From: Eukaryota sp. TZLM1-RC
Taxonomy: Eukaryota > Protista > Metamonada: BaSk clade
DNA length: 64,000 bases
Direction: 5' to 3'
NCBI GenBank assembly: GCA_040285825.1
Contig: JAUPSS010000001.1
Span: 3,224,001-3,288,000 of the forward strand
A model generated the notes under the pieces. That model searched no databases and was not told the origin of the DNA. It saw only the letters and a list, made by a program, of their open reading frames with translations. A program made the translations under genes and the position numbers. Below, piece by piece: positions 12,946 through 24,959 of this stretch (position 1 is its first letter; each line of letters begins with the position of its first letter).

Positions 12946-13004
12946 AATCAAGAAAACACAATATTTATGAATTTGCTTGTCCTGTCTGGGGCCAGCAAAC
13001 CTTA

Positions 13005-14575
13005 TTAAATAGGAGGCAAATTATTAGGCCAGATAGAGGAGTGAAGTCTCATATTCAAAGTCCAGGCAGAATCAGTGAAGAGAGTGCCATAAACCTGAGG
13101 AATGGTTGTTACTAAAGCAGAAGATGTACTAATCTTGTAAAAAATTTGCAAAACCGGGTTCTTTTTCTTGGCCAAGCTAAGTCTAACATCAAAATCTAAG
13201 CTTTCAAAAATCTTTGACAATTTTTGTTGAAATTTTTTATAGCAAAACTGCAAATTAAAATTAGATCGGTTTGGAATTTCTTGAATTGATTGAGGAAAAC
13301 ATTTGGTCCAAATTTGTGGTGGCAATCTATCAAGTTCACATGATAACTCATTCAAATATGGACTACAACTGGGAACTGAGAGATGAGAATCATCAGCAAA
13401 TCCACGACAAAATTCATAAATAAAATTCTTGCCTCCACCCAAAAAAGCTGATTGACACAAAATAGAAGATTTGGTAAATCCAATACCACCCAGATTTGCT
13501 GAAGAAAATGAGTGATTTTTCAACATTCCTGGTTCTACATCCAATAAATCAGCAAAAAATTCTGTTCTCAATGAATTAAAGGAACGACAAAAATCTATTG
13601 CTATGGAAGGAGTACAAGATCTCAAAATGTGGGTCATTCTCCCAGTGTAGCAAATTTTAAGCATGAAAAATTCAATATGTTTTTCTAGATCTAAAGAAGA
13701 AATTGAATCAAGTTCAATTTTCATTTTTTCCAAAATAACTTGTAATTCATTCTGAATTTGAGGCGCGTTTTCTAACAAACAACCAAAGAATTTAAAAGCA
13801 TCACTACTATAATTAGTAATAGGGACAACAGAATCGTTTATCACAAGATCTTGAGCAGAAGAGCCAATCAGAAGGCATTTGCTTGCATTAAGATGAAGCC
13901 CAATATTTTGATATGAATCGGCAATTTTTTGAGCAACCAATTGTAGTAAATCAAATGAAGCAACCAAGGATATATCATCCATATAAGCAACTATTTTTAT
14001 AGAAGGGTATTTTTGTTCAATGATATTTAAAGTTTTGTGAATAGCTAAACAAAACAATAATGGACCTAAAGGATCACCTTGTTTCACCTTGTTTTAGACA
14101 AGGAAATATATTTTTATAGAAGGGTATTTTTGCTCAATGATATTTAAAGTTTTGTGAATAGCTAAACAAAACAATAATGGACCTAAAGTATCACCTTGTT
14201 TTAGACCAAATGAATTAAATATTAAATCTGATTCTTGACCATAAGTTAGTAGAAAAAACTAGATTACTCAGGAAAATCAGATTTAATTACTTCAAAAATT
14301 GCTTTTCGCTTTACAGAATTAAAAGCATTTATAAGGTCAAGATTAAAAATAGAGTTATTTTCCTATCCATTAAAAAAAGTATCAGACGCAAGAGCAGCAA
14401 CAGAAGCGCCATCAATTGTTTTGATTCCAAATTGATGAGGATTCAAAAATTGAGAAGCTTTGTCTTTGACACGATCGAAGACAATCGATGCTAACAAACG
14501 AGATAAAGATTCACCATCGGCAATTAAAGGGGATTTTTGCTTAATGATATCTAAAGCTTTGTGAATAGCTAAAAA
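13005..14575 (-). mobile_element. Family-B CRE-like element, RT/thumb region with internal duplications
   Basis: The 360-aa ORF 13005-14087 closely matches the 49097-50752 protein. The QGDPLGP..KYP segment recurs at ~14110-14200 and partly at ~14525-14575. Confidence 0.9.
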
Positions 14576-15399
14576 TAAGTATTATTTATTGTTAAAAAAC
14601 TGCGCTAAGGAGCCGACGAACTTTGTCGCATATCTCCCACCAAATTCGTCCCCATTTTTCAACGTAGAATATTATACGTTTGTACAAACCTTAAATGAAA
14701 CTGTAACTGGGCTAAGAAAGATTCCTTTAACAACTTCAGTAGAGAAAAAGTTCTTTAACAACAAAAAACGCCACATTGTGATTTTTTAACTTAGTAATTT
14801 TGTTTAATGTTGTTTTAAGTCCAAAAGACCCGGTATATTCTTTAGCGAATCCATTCTTCGATTCCAGAATAACCTTACTAAACGACACTACTACGTCGCT
14901 CGTTTACGATAAAGGGAAAGAGCAGAAGGTTATCATGTAACGATTAAAACACACTCAATCAAGCTAATCAAATACAGATATTACAGAATGAGGCTTTTTC
15001 AGTCTTTGATAACTACTCTATTCTACATTATTGTGAAAGGGCCATAGTACATCCGTTGTCGATTTCAAAGCAGTAAAATCAGCTTTTTTGTGGACGCCAA
15101 CCAGTTCAGAGATAAAAGCAGACGAAAGGAAACATTAGAATTCAGTTATTAGTATTTTGTATAGTTATGGTATATTAATTATAGTTTTTAGTTTATTAGT
15201 TTAACTTAATTAATTTTGAATAAGAGAAGAACCAGTGGTGGCGCTTTTAGGCTTAAATAGAATAAGGGCAAATTAAATTAATTTAAATTAAATTAATTGA
15301 ATTTAATTAATTGTCATCTCTTTATCCTAACCCGCTTTACATCAAACATAGACTAACTCACAGCTAGTAATGCTATCGGCAACACAACTAATCCGATGG

Positions 15400-16142
15400 A
15401 GTAGTCAATATTGTTGATGTTGCGACTGTTGATCTTTGCCAAAAATCAGCAGTAGATTTTTCTAAAAAAGGTGAAACCCCACTGTGTTTTGCTGATAGAT
15501 ACAAAATCATACAATTCAACGTCCCTTTATTTCATTGTGGTTCTGTTGAGCAACATCATCTTTGTATTTTTGGTTCATTTTCTATTTTATTTCCTATTTT
15601 TCGTTTTTGTTTACATATCAGCATATCAGCTCCGATAAAATAATTTTCATTTAAAATTTCATTTTTGAAATAAGACACATACACGTCCCTTTATTTTTTC
15701 ATTTTGTTTAGCCAGTTCTGCTTCACTTTCGACAATTTAGCCAGAATTTTTAATTAGATGGTTTTCAATGAACAATCTACTCACCACTTCTCACTGAACT
15801 CTATTTGAATAATTGTCTTCTAATGCATATTCTGTGTCTGCTGGTATTTCTGGTTTAAATGTTAGATTGTTTCAGGGACTATTATTGATGTTAGGATGAA
15901 AAGATTCAAACAAATAGTTGAACAACGAAAATGTCAACAAAAACAGAGAGATATGGTGTTCTTCTTTCACGTTCTAAAAATCAGTTTGTCATTGGTAATA
16001 ATTTACCATGATTTGTTATCGTTTAAGAAAACTTACAATGAGACAGCAAGCAGTTCAAGATTTTTTAGAGGAAATCTTGGTTCAATGAATAATCATCCCA
16101 TTAGTGATGCCTTTGTTTGTTAACTGAGCAAGTTCAATAAAT
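15400..16142 (+). mobile_element. Composite decayed retroelement remnant ending in a family-A-type 3' tail
   Basis: 15400-15490 resembles the RLE region of family C (VNIVDVATVDLCQKSA). 15865-16142 ends GAGGAAATCTTGGTTCAATGAAT..GCAAGTTCAATAAAT, like family A, and is paralogous to 17930-18212. Confidence 0.65.
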
Positions 16143-16170
16143 ACAATTATAATTCAATACTCAATATCGT

Positions 16171-16495
16171 ATTTATTGAATTTGCACACTTGATTAAATT
16201 AAATCATAACTAATGGGACGACTATCATTAAACCAAGATTTCCTCTACAAAATCTTGATTTGCTTGCTGTCTAGCTAAAGCTTCTCTAATTCGATTGAAA
16301 AACCGCGGTAATCTATTAATAATGGCAAATTGAATCCGTGAACGCCATAAAAAAATATCAAATCTTTTCATTGTTTTTTCTTTCACCATTTTTTGGAAGT
16401 CATCCAAAAAAGTTTCTGCTTCAACTGATAATCTTCCATTTATCGAAAATGGGAAAGCAATAAAAACCAGCTGTGTATTTCTATCGACATTTGAC
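16171..16495 (-). mobile_element. Young, severely 5'-truncated family-A copy (~325 bp)
   Basis: Nearly identical to 26083-26405 and flanked by the direct repeat ATTCAATACTC at 16152-16162 and 16496-16506. Confidence 0.9.
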
Positions 16496-16539
16496 ATTCA
16501 ATACTCGAAACAAATTCGAATTATAGCCTTTCCCTCCCA

Positions 16540-17795
16540 ATGTCCCGATCAGTTGATCCTGCACCCGTTTGTGAAGGTGTATCACTTTCATCATACTGAT
16601 TTCAGACTGTAGAGAAGTCGACTCCTTCTTCTTTTGCAAGAATTGTGCATTTTCCTTATGTAAAGACTGTACTAAATCAATTCATTCTCACAGGCTTTTC
16701 TCTCGTCATGATATCATTACAGTTGATGAAGCGTCTCTTATCAAGCTTCAACACTGCAAGAAACATCCCAACTCAACAGCACCTGAGCTAGGTTACTTTT
16801 GCGACACTTGTGCTGAACCTGCTTGCGTTGACTGTCTGCAAATTGGCTCACACAGTGACCACAGAAAATCCGTCGTCTCTATCAACGATCGTGCTGATGA
16901 ATATGCCTCCTCTGCTGACAAAATGGTCGCGAAACTTGACGCAGCTCTTCTTTCTATCCCAGCTTCCAAAGTATTTGATTCAATCAAGGAGCAACAGACT
17001 AACCTCTTGAATCTCATCTACAATGAGTACCAGCGTCTTATTGAACAAGCCAAGGAAAGTAAGAAGCACAGAGTCCAACGCATCCAGGACGGTCAGTTCT
17101 TAATATTTGACAAGGTTGATGTAGCTGAATTGGAATGGCTCCTTGATCATGTTGAGTCTGAATTTGCTAACTTGAAAACACAGTTCAAGAAGGCTATAAC
17201 CACTATTGCTGAACTCTCTGATGAAAAGAATTCTTCAATGATCTCTGACAGAAAAAGCAAAGGTAATTTTATCGGAGGTGGCCTTTTCCCAAACTCATCA
17301 GTGCTTTCATTTGATTGTCCTGATATTACCTCTCTTCGTTTTCCTACTTTTAAAACCCCTAGCCTGTTATTCAGAGCTTCTAGAGATGGATTTAACGTAG
17401 ATAGTTTTCATTCTAGATGTGATGGCCAGCCTAATGTTGTGGTATTGGTTAGAGCAACCAATGGAGCTGTGTTTGGAGGTTTTTCTTCTACTGCTTTTGA
17501 TAGTAGTGGAAGTTGGTCTCAATCACCAGGAGCTTTTTTGTTTAGAATTAAGAACAAGAACTATCCTTCCCCTGAAAGATTTGAGTTGAGAGAGAATCAT
17601 AATCAGTATGCCATTTTTCGTCATGTAGGACTTGGACCCTGTTTTGGTGGTGGTCGAGACCTGTCTCTCTATGACAACTGCCATTCTAACAACAATTCTA
17701 CTAGTAGTTGTGGCGACACATACAATGGATCTACCGAACAACTTACCCAAGACTATAGCTTCACTGTCACGGACTATGAAGTTTGGTCAATCTAA
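16540..17795 (+). CDS. Tandem B-box + coiled-coil + TLDc domain protein (exons 16540-16576, 16606-17795)
   Basis: Removing the 29-nt intron GTGTAT..ACTGATTTCAG (16577-16605) gives MSRSVDPAPVCEDC..FCKNC..LCKDC..IH..H and CKKH..YFCDTC..ACVDC..H..H, in frame with ORF 16923-17795. That ORF carries the TLDc motifs LLFRASRDGF..FHSRCD, GAVFGGF, GPCFGGGRDL and DYEVW. Confidence 0.88.
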
Positions 17796-17929
17796 AGAGG
17801 AATTAATTAGGTTGTACAGTGGTGTATTTACGACAATAAAAGCAAAATCAATTATCTACACTTTTCATGGTTGACTTTTGTGGTTGAGATAAACCATGTT
17901 TCTAATTATATATCATCATATTAATATTA

Positions 17930-18212
17930 TTGAATCAGCAGTAAATTTTCCAAAACAGATGGAACCCTGCTGTGAAAGATGCCAAATCAAACAATACAGA
18001 GATTATTTCAGGGAGTGATATTATTGTGTATATGCAAAAATCAACAACGAAGAGGTCAACAAGAACAGAGCGAGATGGTGTTTTTCTTTCACCTTCTAGA
18101 AACCTGTTTGTCATTAGTAATAGTTTACCATGATTTGTTAGCGTTTAGAAAACTTACAATGAAACAGCAATAGATCAGTTTTTTGTAGAAGGAATCTTGG
18201 TTCAATGAATTC
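17930..18212 (+). repeat. Second copy of the composite retro-derived remnant at 15440-16090
   Basis: Shares AATCAGCAGTA..GAACCC..CTGTG, then ATGGTGTT.TTCTTTCAC..TTTACCATGATTTGTTA..AAACTTACAATGA..ATCTTGGTTCAATGAAT. Confidence 0.7.
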
Positions 18213-18249
18213 TATGTGTTAGACTGCAATTAATTACACCTTTTGATTG

Positions 18250-18883
18250 AATAGCTTACAGCAATTCGTTTTGGCAGATGTGTAGAATTTATCTCCATTG
18301 ATGTTTCATCCTTCTTCTTGTGAAAAAATCAAACTTGTTTCGGTGCAGGGCTCGACGATCGATCTCCATTTATCTGCAGTTGGTCTAGTATAGTTCTCGG
18401 ACGGAAGTCGGAATTCCTGATTTCTTCCTGTGTCGGTACCCATGCCATTGGCGTTACTATTCCATTAAGATATTTGTGTAAATTCTAGCAAAAAAGCAAT
18501 TTGGTTATGCATGGGTCAAAACCGGTGGTTGAATGATCTTCTTTTCCTTTGAGAACAAGGCACGAAAGTTGATGGTCAACATTGTTATTATCTATTCATG
18601 ATCCAATTGAATAACCACACAAATTTTTGTGGTTGAATTCAATTGCACAAAACGAGTATTCAATTGGATCAACGGGAGGAGGCTCGTAGGTGACATCAGT
18701 TCTTCGACGTTGCCCAGGGCGAATCTGTTGTTGAAGTCTGGAGTTTTGCTTTCGATTCTTGGCAGGCACATCGTGTTCTCCACTGGCTCGCTTGTTATAA
18801 AACTCAGTTGTGTTATTCAAAATCTAATTATTATGACATTAATTAGTAATTGTTTATCTCACTGCCACACATTTGGAATTCAT
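18250..18883 (-). CDS. Possible small multi-exon hypothetical gene divergent from TSC2; exon structure unresolved
   Basis: Higher-GC block with several short minus-strand frames that can be joined through 27-39 nt GT-AG segments. The frame choice is ambiguous and no domain is recognised. Confidence 0.3.
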
Positions 18884-18922
18884 TTTGTCAAAATATAGAG
18901 TAGATTCCGACTCAACGCTGCA

Positions 18923-21900
18923 ATGTCTTTGAGTGGATCAAACTCAACACTGTTCCCTTCCAATGACAATACTCGTCAAGCTAGTTTAGCTCTTTTACAA
19001 GAACATTCCTCTTTTTCATCCATTAGACATATGCTCTCTGACTTTTCCAATCTTCCAACTGAATGTCTACATGCGTTTTATGATGCATGTTTATCTGCTC
19101 TTTCACATTCTCAACCTCTCACCAATCGCATCTCCATTCTTCCTGCCATCTCTGTAGTTCTTGAACACATCGCTTCGATTTCCCCTGACACATGTTCTCT
19201 CTTCTATGACGTTCTTTCCGACTTGCTTCCTCCTAAATCTACTACATCCACTGTGGCTGCCTTAGACCTACTGATTTCATTGTTGTATCACCAAGTTGAT
19301 GTTGGAAGATGTGCGTCAGTGTTACTCAAAATAGTATCACATGCTGACGTGCCCGTTTTGACCAGGTTAAAACTAATAAAAGGACTAGGAAAGCATAATT
19401 ATTCGAGGTTTGGAACGTCTCTTGGGAAGTCTGTAGTTAAATTGCTTGAGGATACGATGACGTCATCGGATGACGTTACTTTGATTATGATTTTTGACCT
19501 GATTGCGTACTTCAATTACTCAGATTTACTACCAGTTTTTTTCAATTATTCATTGATTAAATCTATTTCTTCACATATAGAATCTTGTGTTTGGTCTTCA
19601 GTGGTTTGCCAATCCGACAATCAATCAGATAATGAATCTGATGACCAGTCAACTTCCGCGAAAAAAAAGGATGATAAAAAAAAGAAGGCAATGAAAGAAA
19701 TTGATTTATATTTGGTCCGGGCACAAAGTTTTTTCAATTCCAAAAGATTTTCCGAGTATTATGAACCATCTGAAACTTCCTCTAAAAATGCATTTTCTGG
19801 GATTATTGGAATTAAAAATTTTATTAGGTCTGAATTAAAAAACACTTATACTGCTTTTTTATTCAAATTACAGCATTATTTATTTGTTTCTGGACAAATA
19901 TTGAGTAATCAATCAAATTTGATTGACATCAATTCAATCAAACCCCTTGTAAACGTGATTAGTCTGTTAATTTCCTTTTATCCACTGGCATCACACCCAG
20001 TCAATTACTCTGCTTTGAAATGTTTCAGAATTCTAAATTCTAATTCGGTTTTGAAATCATCTATTTGCCCTTATTTATTAAAGGTTATTGGTAAATTTAA
20101 TGACATTCCTAATGATGAAGAATTAAGTATCAAAGTAGTTAATGTTCTCAGGGGAAGTATTTACCTGGCATCAGAACTATGTTTTAAAAACGAAAATATA
20201 AAGAATTCGCCCAGAAGATCGTCAAAGAGCAGTCTAATACCGCTCAACAAGACCAAATTTTCAGATCAGAGCTCACCACGATCCCTTCTACCCTGTCTCG
20301 TCGATCTCTTAGACGTACAAGATTCACGTGTTTATGCGGAAATTCTCTGCTGTATTAGCCAGTGCATTTCCAAATGTGGGCATTTATTAGAAGACGAGTG
20401 GTGGTTTATCGTTCAAATATTAGTCACAATAGAAGATTTAATTTTTAGAAAATCCTATAATCCAGCTCATAATTACGTCATCAAACTCACCAATAGGGAA
20501 AACAACCCTTGCCTTTTTCAAAACTATGCGGTGTTGACTCCTTTAGTAATTGACGTTATAAGAAAAACTATATTTCTTTCTTCATCAAATGGTTTCAACG
20601 GAGCTTTGCATTATTTACATTTATTAATGCTCATAGGGTTTCCAATTGTGGAGCCTCTCTTGGCTGTGCAACAAATTGAACAGGTGATTGAGTATTTGGG
20701 ACCAGATGTTCTTGAATGGACAACTCTGTTGAGCAGTCTCTTCAATAGTATTTTAAGAAGGGAAGTTCGAGTTGTTGTTAGTGTCAATGGCATTCGAATA
20801 ACTTGCGAATTTTTGGCAGGTTTGCCTTTACAATTTCGAAAATCTGTTTGTGAGCTGGTCAGTTTTCAATATTTGAGTACGAGATCACCACTTTTAGTTT
20901 GTTCCTTATCTTGTCTGAATTGCATCTCCACCTTTTTGCTCTCAGACTCTTCGTCTTTGAAACAACGGAATTTGCTAATAATGAATCTTTTTGAACAGCT
21001 TTCTGCTGTTTTAATAAAATATTCAGTCAAAAATTTAAAAAATTCGGGAAGTGACGAGATCAGATCAGTTGAGCTCTGCCACTCTTTTGTCTCAATTATT
21101 CAAATTTTACTCATCAGAAGTTTTTGGAATCGTGGTCAGGATGATTTTGTCTTGTCATTGTTCAATTACTTGCTAACTAATTTGAAATATTATCCCGATA
21201 TTGCACGTAAAAATATTTTATATTTCATCTCTAAAATCAGTTGTAATCATACTAATCACATGATAATCAATCAATTTGATTGTCAAAACTGTGGCAGTCA
21301 ACGTGATTCTTGCTACACGTGTCAAAATTGTCTCTTTTTTGAGCTATTACGATTTGAATCGATGTCTGGGGACCCTCCTTTCACAGATGATCGTTACCTA
21401 CAACAATCGACCACAAAGTTTTTTGAAATCTTTGATAAACTTGTCAATCATTTCAGTGACAAGCCGATTAGCTCATTGTACATAAAGTCTGGAAAACCAA
21501 CTAATTCTGCAATCAAATCGCTCAAATCTATGGGAATTTCTTTTTATTTTGTAGAATTTCCAATTCAGCTGCTTTCATCAATGTTTAACATTCTATTTAA
21601 CCAAGACAAGTGCAATATTTCATCTTTGATCCTTATATTTGATTGTTTGAGCTCTTGGATCGTCAAACGGGAGTTTTCCAAGCATTTGAAAATCACAGAT
21701 TTTATTGAACTTGTGCTGTCACACATTCTAGAATTCAAACCTGTTTTAAATTTAAATTTTTCAACAGATTTACCTGAATTACATTTATTTTTCCTAACAA
21801 AATTAATTCAGTTCTTATCCATTTTACCCCAATTCATTTCCCATTCATCACTATTATTTATTAATTTTATAAAAATTGTGAAAATGTTATTTACCAAGAT

Positions 21901-24394
21901 AATTCCTGTACTGCCACGTCATAATGCGTCAGAGGTCAAGGAAAGTCAGGCAATTACTTTAATATTGAGCTTAATACGTGTCATATCAATAGCAGCTACT
22001 GAAGATCCCAAAACTGTTGTAAACGTGCTCGATCACGTGTTTATTGATCTTTTGAACTTTAGATTTGACCCAATGGCGTCATCGTTATTGTTCTTTATTC
22101 ATACTTTAATTTCAGTAGCTAGAAGACCACCTCCAGCAATCGTAACTGCAGATCAACAGGCGGTTGACGAAAATTTCCAATTGTCAAATATTTTGACAAT
22201 TTCCCAGTGTGAAAAAGTTGCATTTTTCCTACTGTCACTCACCAATAGTGTGATTTATCGACCCAGAATTTACTATTACGCCGCACACGTGTCCATTTAC
22301 CTTTTCGTGAGACTTCCATTGACTCATCGCGTGACTCTAGCCAGAACGTACCACGAGTATCTCTCAAATTCAGTAAAATCGAACTTATTCTCAATTGAAA
22401 ACACTATTATTGATTTTATTTTACGTTTTTCTGTATCAGATCCCATTTTTCCACATCGATTATTTAAACCAATGTCACCCCCCACGGCTTCCTACTCATC
22501 CAATCATTTTGCAATCGGCACGTCCTTGCTGACGTTTACAACATGGTGTGGCGGTTGTGACGTCATCATACGACGACCTTCTGGAAGTTGCTGTTTCAGA
22601 CTTGGAGCTTTGCCTTTTGTACCCAATTTAGAAGTCGCCAGCATGGATAAGAAAGAGGTCAATAATTTAGATACAAGCCAAGAAACTGATTTGTATTCAG
22701 AATCACCAGTTTTTTCTGATTTTAGACCTGTTTTTTCCAAACTTTCCCAAAACGATGAATCACGTGATGGGAGTCAACTATCACCATTTTCGAGCGACGA
22801 TGATTCTGATAGCCCTGATCAATTTCAGAATTGTTTTGGTTCCGGAATCCACACCGATAGTGACAAAGAAAGAGACCACAAAAGTGATTCTATTTTGAAT
22901 ACTTCAGGCATTTTTAGTGCTTCCTCAGTCCCCACTACTATTCCATTTCTCTGTCCTTTGGATGATCAACTTCTATGTTCAACCCACTTGAAACCCAAAC
23001 CATTGGAGAGTTACTCGAGCTCAAAGAAAACTGAAACTTCTTCATTTCAGAGAATTGATTCTATTGATATGTCACCAAGAAATTTGTCAAGAATTAATGA
23101 TAATTATGTTAATTCAGATTCATTTTCAGTTGAACCTCTGCTTTCTGAACAAATGATTGAAGATCGTGGCTCAAATAGGGAAGCTGTTGCTCATGAACAA
23201 CGAAGAAGATCCCGTGCAGGTTCGATTCTGGGGCCAATCCCCATTGACGAATTCCATCACCATCCCTCAATTCCACCTGTTGATCATCCCACTCCCAAAA
23301 TAGACTCTTCTGTTGCCAAAGCCACTGGTACAATGGGGGCCTTGGGCCATCAAAGTGATCCCGACAGTGATGATGAGGTTAATCTTGCAATCAAAAACGG
23401 TGTGGTTTTTCCTCCTTTTTCCTATTTCCCTGATGATGCTCCTACGTTCCAGAATCCCATTCTCACGGCCACCACATCTGCTCTCCTCTCTTCCCAGGTC
23501 ACTGATGATAGGATTTTAAAGTCTTTGTTGCCATACGATGCTCATTGGAATGTACCAATGAGCCCTACTTCTGTTTTTTCTGAAATTTTTGGTCAACTTT
23601 TAAGTAACAATACCAGTGTTTACATGTTGAAAAATGATCCAAAATTAGAAAGATTTATTCAAGATTTGGACCGGGTTCCTGCTTTTGAAGTTCATAAAGT
23701 TGGAATTGTTTATCTAAAACAGAATCAATCAAAAGCCATTGATATTCTCTCGAATTCTGAACCTTTCATTCCCACATATTCTCAGTTTTTGAGCTGTTTG
23801 GGTCGTATCGTCTACCTCAAACACTGTGCCGGCGTCTATAATGCTGGTTTGGACTGTGAAAATGGTACTGATGGCGAATATTCTCTGATAAGAATGACTC
23901 CTTTGTCTTGTGTACATTTCCATGTTGCTAGTTTTATGCCAAATATTGATTCTGACCCCTCTCGTGATCGAAAACGTCGACATTTGGGTAATGATTATGT
24001 TTTGATCATTTTTTGCGAACCTGGTGCGAAATTTTCCAAAACAGATATGAGCATTGGTGATTTCAATACAGTTTTTATCGTAATAGAGCCAATAGGTTCA
24101 GGGTTTTTCAATGTTTCGCTAGATTGTTCGCGACATGCCGATCCAGAATTGATTCTATTTGTAAATAACATTGGAAAAGGTTTTGTCTTGCGGACTTCTT
24201 CGCTCGTACCTTTTGTCTCCCAAATTTCTACATGCTGTAGCAGATTGTGTACCGTAAAACATCACTTGTCAGCTGCATGTAGAGCTCAATTGAGATCAGA
24301 AAAGATTGGAAGTATTTTCAAAAATTTCAGTTCTTCTCCTCTTGATAAAGAGAACTTTTTTGAAATTTTAGCTGGTGTCACTAATGACAAGTGA
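18923..24394 (+). CDS. TSC2: Tuberin-like Rap/Rheb-GAP protein
   Basis: 1823 aa, with a helical N-terminus, the tuberin-type VIIRRPSG motif and a Ser/Asp-rich linker. C-terminal Rap-GAP domain: HKVGIVY, HFHVASFMP, RKRRHLGNDYVLIIF (Asn thumb). RalGAP-alpha is the alternative assignment. Confidence 0.8.
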   Translation: MSLSGSNSTLFPSNDNTRQASLALLQEHSSFSSIRHMLSDFSNLPTECLHAFYDACLSALSHSQPLTNRISILPAISVVLEHIASISPDTCSLFYDVLSDLLPPKSTTSTVAALDLLISLLYHQVDVGRCASVLLKIVSHADVPVLTRLKLIKGLGKHNYSRFGTSLGKSVVKLLEDTMTSSDDVTLIMIFDLIAYFNYSDLLPVFFNYSLIKSISSHIESCVWSSVVCQSDNQSDNESDDQSTSAKKKDDKKKKAMKEIDLYLVRAQSFFNSKRFSEYYEPSETSSKNAFSGIIGIKNFIRSELKNTYTAFLFKLQHYLFVSGQILSNQSNLIDINSIKPLVNVISLLISFYPLASHPVNYSALKCFRILNSNSVLKSSICPYLLKVIGKFNDIPNDEELSIKVVNVLRGSIYLASELCFKNENIKNSPRRSSKSSLIPLNKTKFSDQSSPRSLLPCLVDLLDVQDSRVYAEILCCISQCISKCGHLLEDEWWFIVQILVTIEDLIFRKSYNPAHNYVIKLTNRENNPCLFQNYAVLTPLVIDVIRKTIFLSSSNGFNGALHYLHLLMLIGFPIVEPLLAVQQIEQVIEYLGPDVLEWTTLLSSLFNSILRREVRVVVSVNGIRITCEFLAGLPLQFRKSVCELVSFQYLSTRSPLLVCSLSCLNCISTFLLSDSSSLKQRNLLIMNLFEQLSAVLIKYSVKNLKNSGSDEIRSVELCHSFVSIIQILLIRSFWNRGQDDFVLSLFNYLLTNLKYYPDIARKNILYFISKISCNHTNHMIINQFDCQNCGSQRDSCYTCQNCLFFELLRFESMSGDPPFTDDRYLQQSTTKFFEIFDKLVNHFSDKPISSLYIKSGKPTNSAIKSLKSMGISFYFVEFPIQLLSSMFNILFNQDKCNISSLILIFDCLSSWIVKREFSKHLKITDFIELVLSHILEFKPVLNLNFSTDLPELHLFFLTKLIQFLSILPQFISHSSLLFINFIKIVKMLFTKIIPVLPRHNASEVKESQAITLILSLIRVISIAATEDPKTVVNVLDHVFIDLLNFRFDPMASSLLFFIHTLISVARRPPPAIVTADQQAVDENFQLSNILTISQCEKVAFFLLSLTNSVIYRPRIYYYAAHVSIYLFVRLPLTHRVTLARTYHEYLSNSVKSNLFSIENTIIDFILRFSVSDPIFPHRLFKPMSPPTASYSSNHFAIGTSLLTFTTWCGGCDVIIRRPSGSCCFRLGALPFVPNLEVASMDKKEVNNLDTSQETDLYSESPVFSDFRPVFSKLSQNDESRDGSQLSPFSSDDDSDSPDQFQNCFGSGIHTDSDKERDHKSDSILNTSGIFSASSVPTTIPFLCPLDDQLLCSTHLKPKPLESYSSSKKTETSSFQRIDSIDMSPRNLSRINDNYVNSDSFSVEPLLSEQMIEDRGSNREAVAHEQRRRSRAGSILGPIPIDEFHHHPSIPPVDHPTPKIDSSVAKATGTMGALGHQSDPDSDDEVNLAIKNGVVFPPFSYFPDDAPTFQNPILTATTSALLSSQVTDDRILKSLLPYDAHWNVPMSPTSVFSEIFGQLLSNNTSVYMLKNDPKLERFIQDLDRVPAFEVHKVGIVYLKQNQSKAIDILSNSEPFIPTYSQFLSCLGRIVYLKHCAGVYNAGLDCENGTDGEYSLIRMTPLSCVHFHVASFMPNIDSDPSRDRKRRHLGNDYVLIIFCEPGAKFSKTDMSIGDFNTVFIVIEPIGSGFFNVSLDCSRHADPELILFVNNIGKGFVLRTSSLVPFVSQISTCCSRLCTVKHHLSAACRAQLRSEKIGSIFKNFSSSPLDKENFFEILAGVTNDK

Positions 24395-24959
24395 AAGTTT
24401 GAACACCAATCAATCAATCAATCAACTTTCATCGTTTTTCTTTATTTTTATTTCTTGTTCATTTTTTCCCATTTTTTCCTTCTTTAAATACAATTTTTTT
24501 CTCGTTCTTTTTCTGAAAAAGGCTTTCTATTTTAGTTTCTAACCTGAATCACTAACATCACTTACTGTACCCTTCACGTTCAACACTAGTCCCATGTGGA
24601 ATTCTGTTATTCACCACAGGTATAACTTTCGTGTTGGGTAACTAAAATTTATCAAATATTTAGTAGTTATATATAATCTCAGCAAGCATTTTCAACAAAA
24701 ATACAATTCAATATGAGATGATTTATTAAAAGCTCCCCAAAAAATCTAAAATGGCTTTCTTCCAGTTTCATTCAGTTAGATGAGTGAAGGAATTTGATTG
24801 AGGTTTACTTGTATTACAAGAACTTATCATTCTCTGTAAAGAAGAAGAAAAGATCAAGTCCATGGGAAATTAATGAGACCATAGAGAGTCAGTGTGGAGG
24901 ATTTACATGGATGCTAAAACATTTGATCCACTGAAAACACATTCTAATCATTTAGAGAA

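Noticed and set aside
17092-17124. Possible in-frame 33-nt intron in the TLDc gene
   Set aside because: The frame is open either way and the putative branch A is at -6, so it cannot be supported without transcripts.
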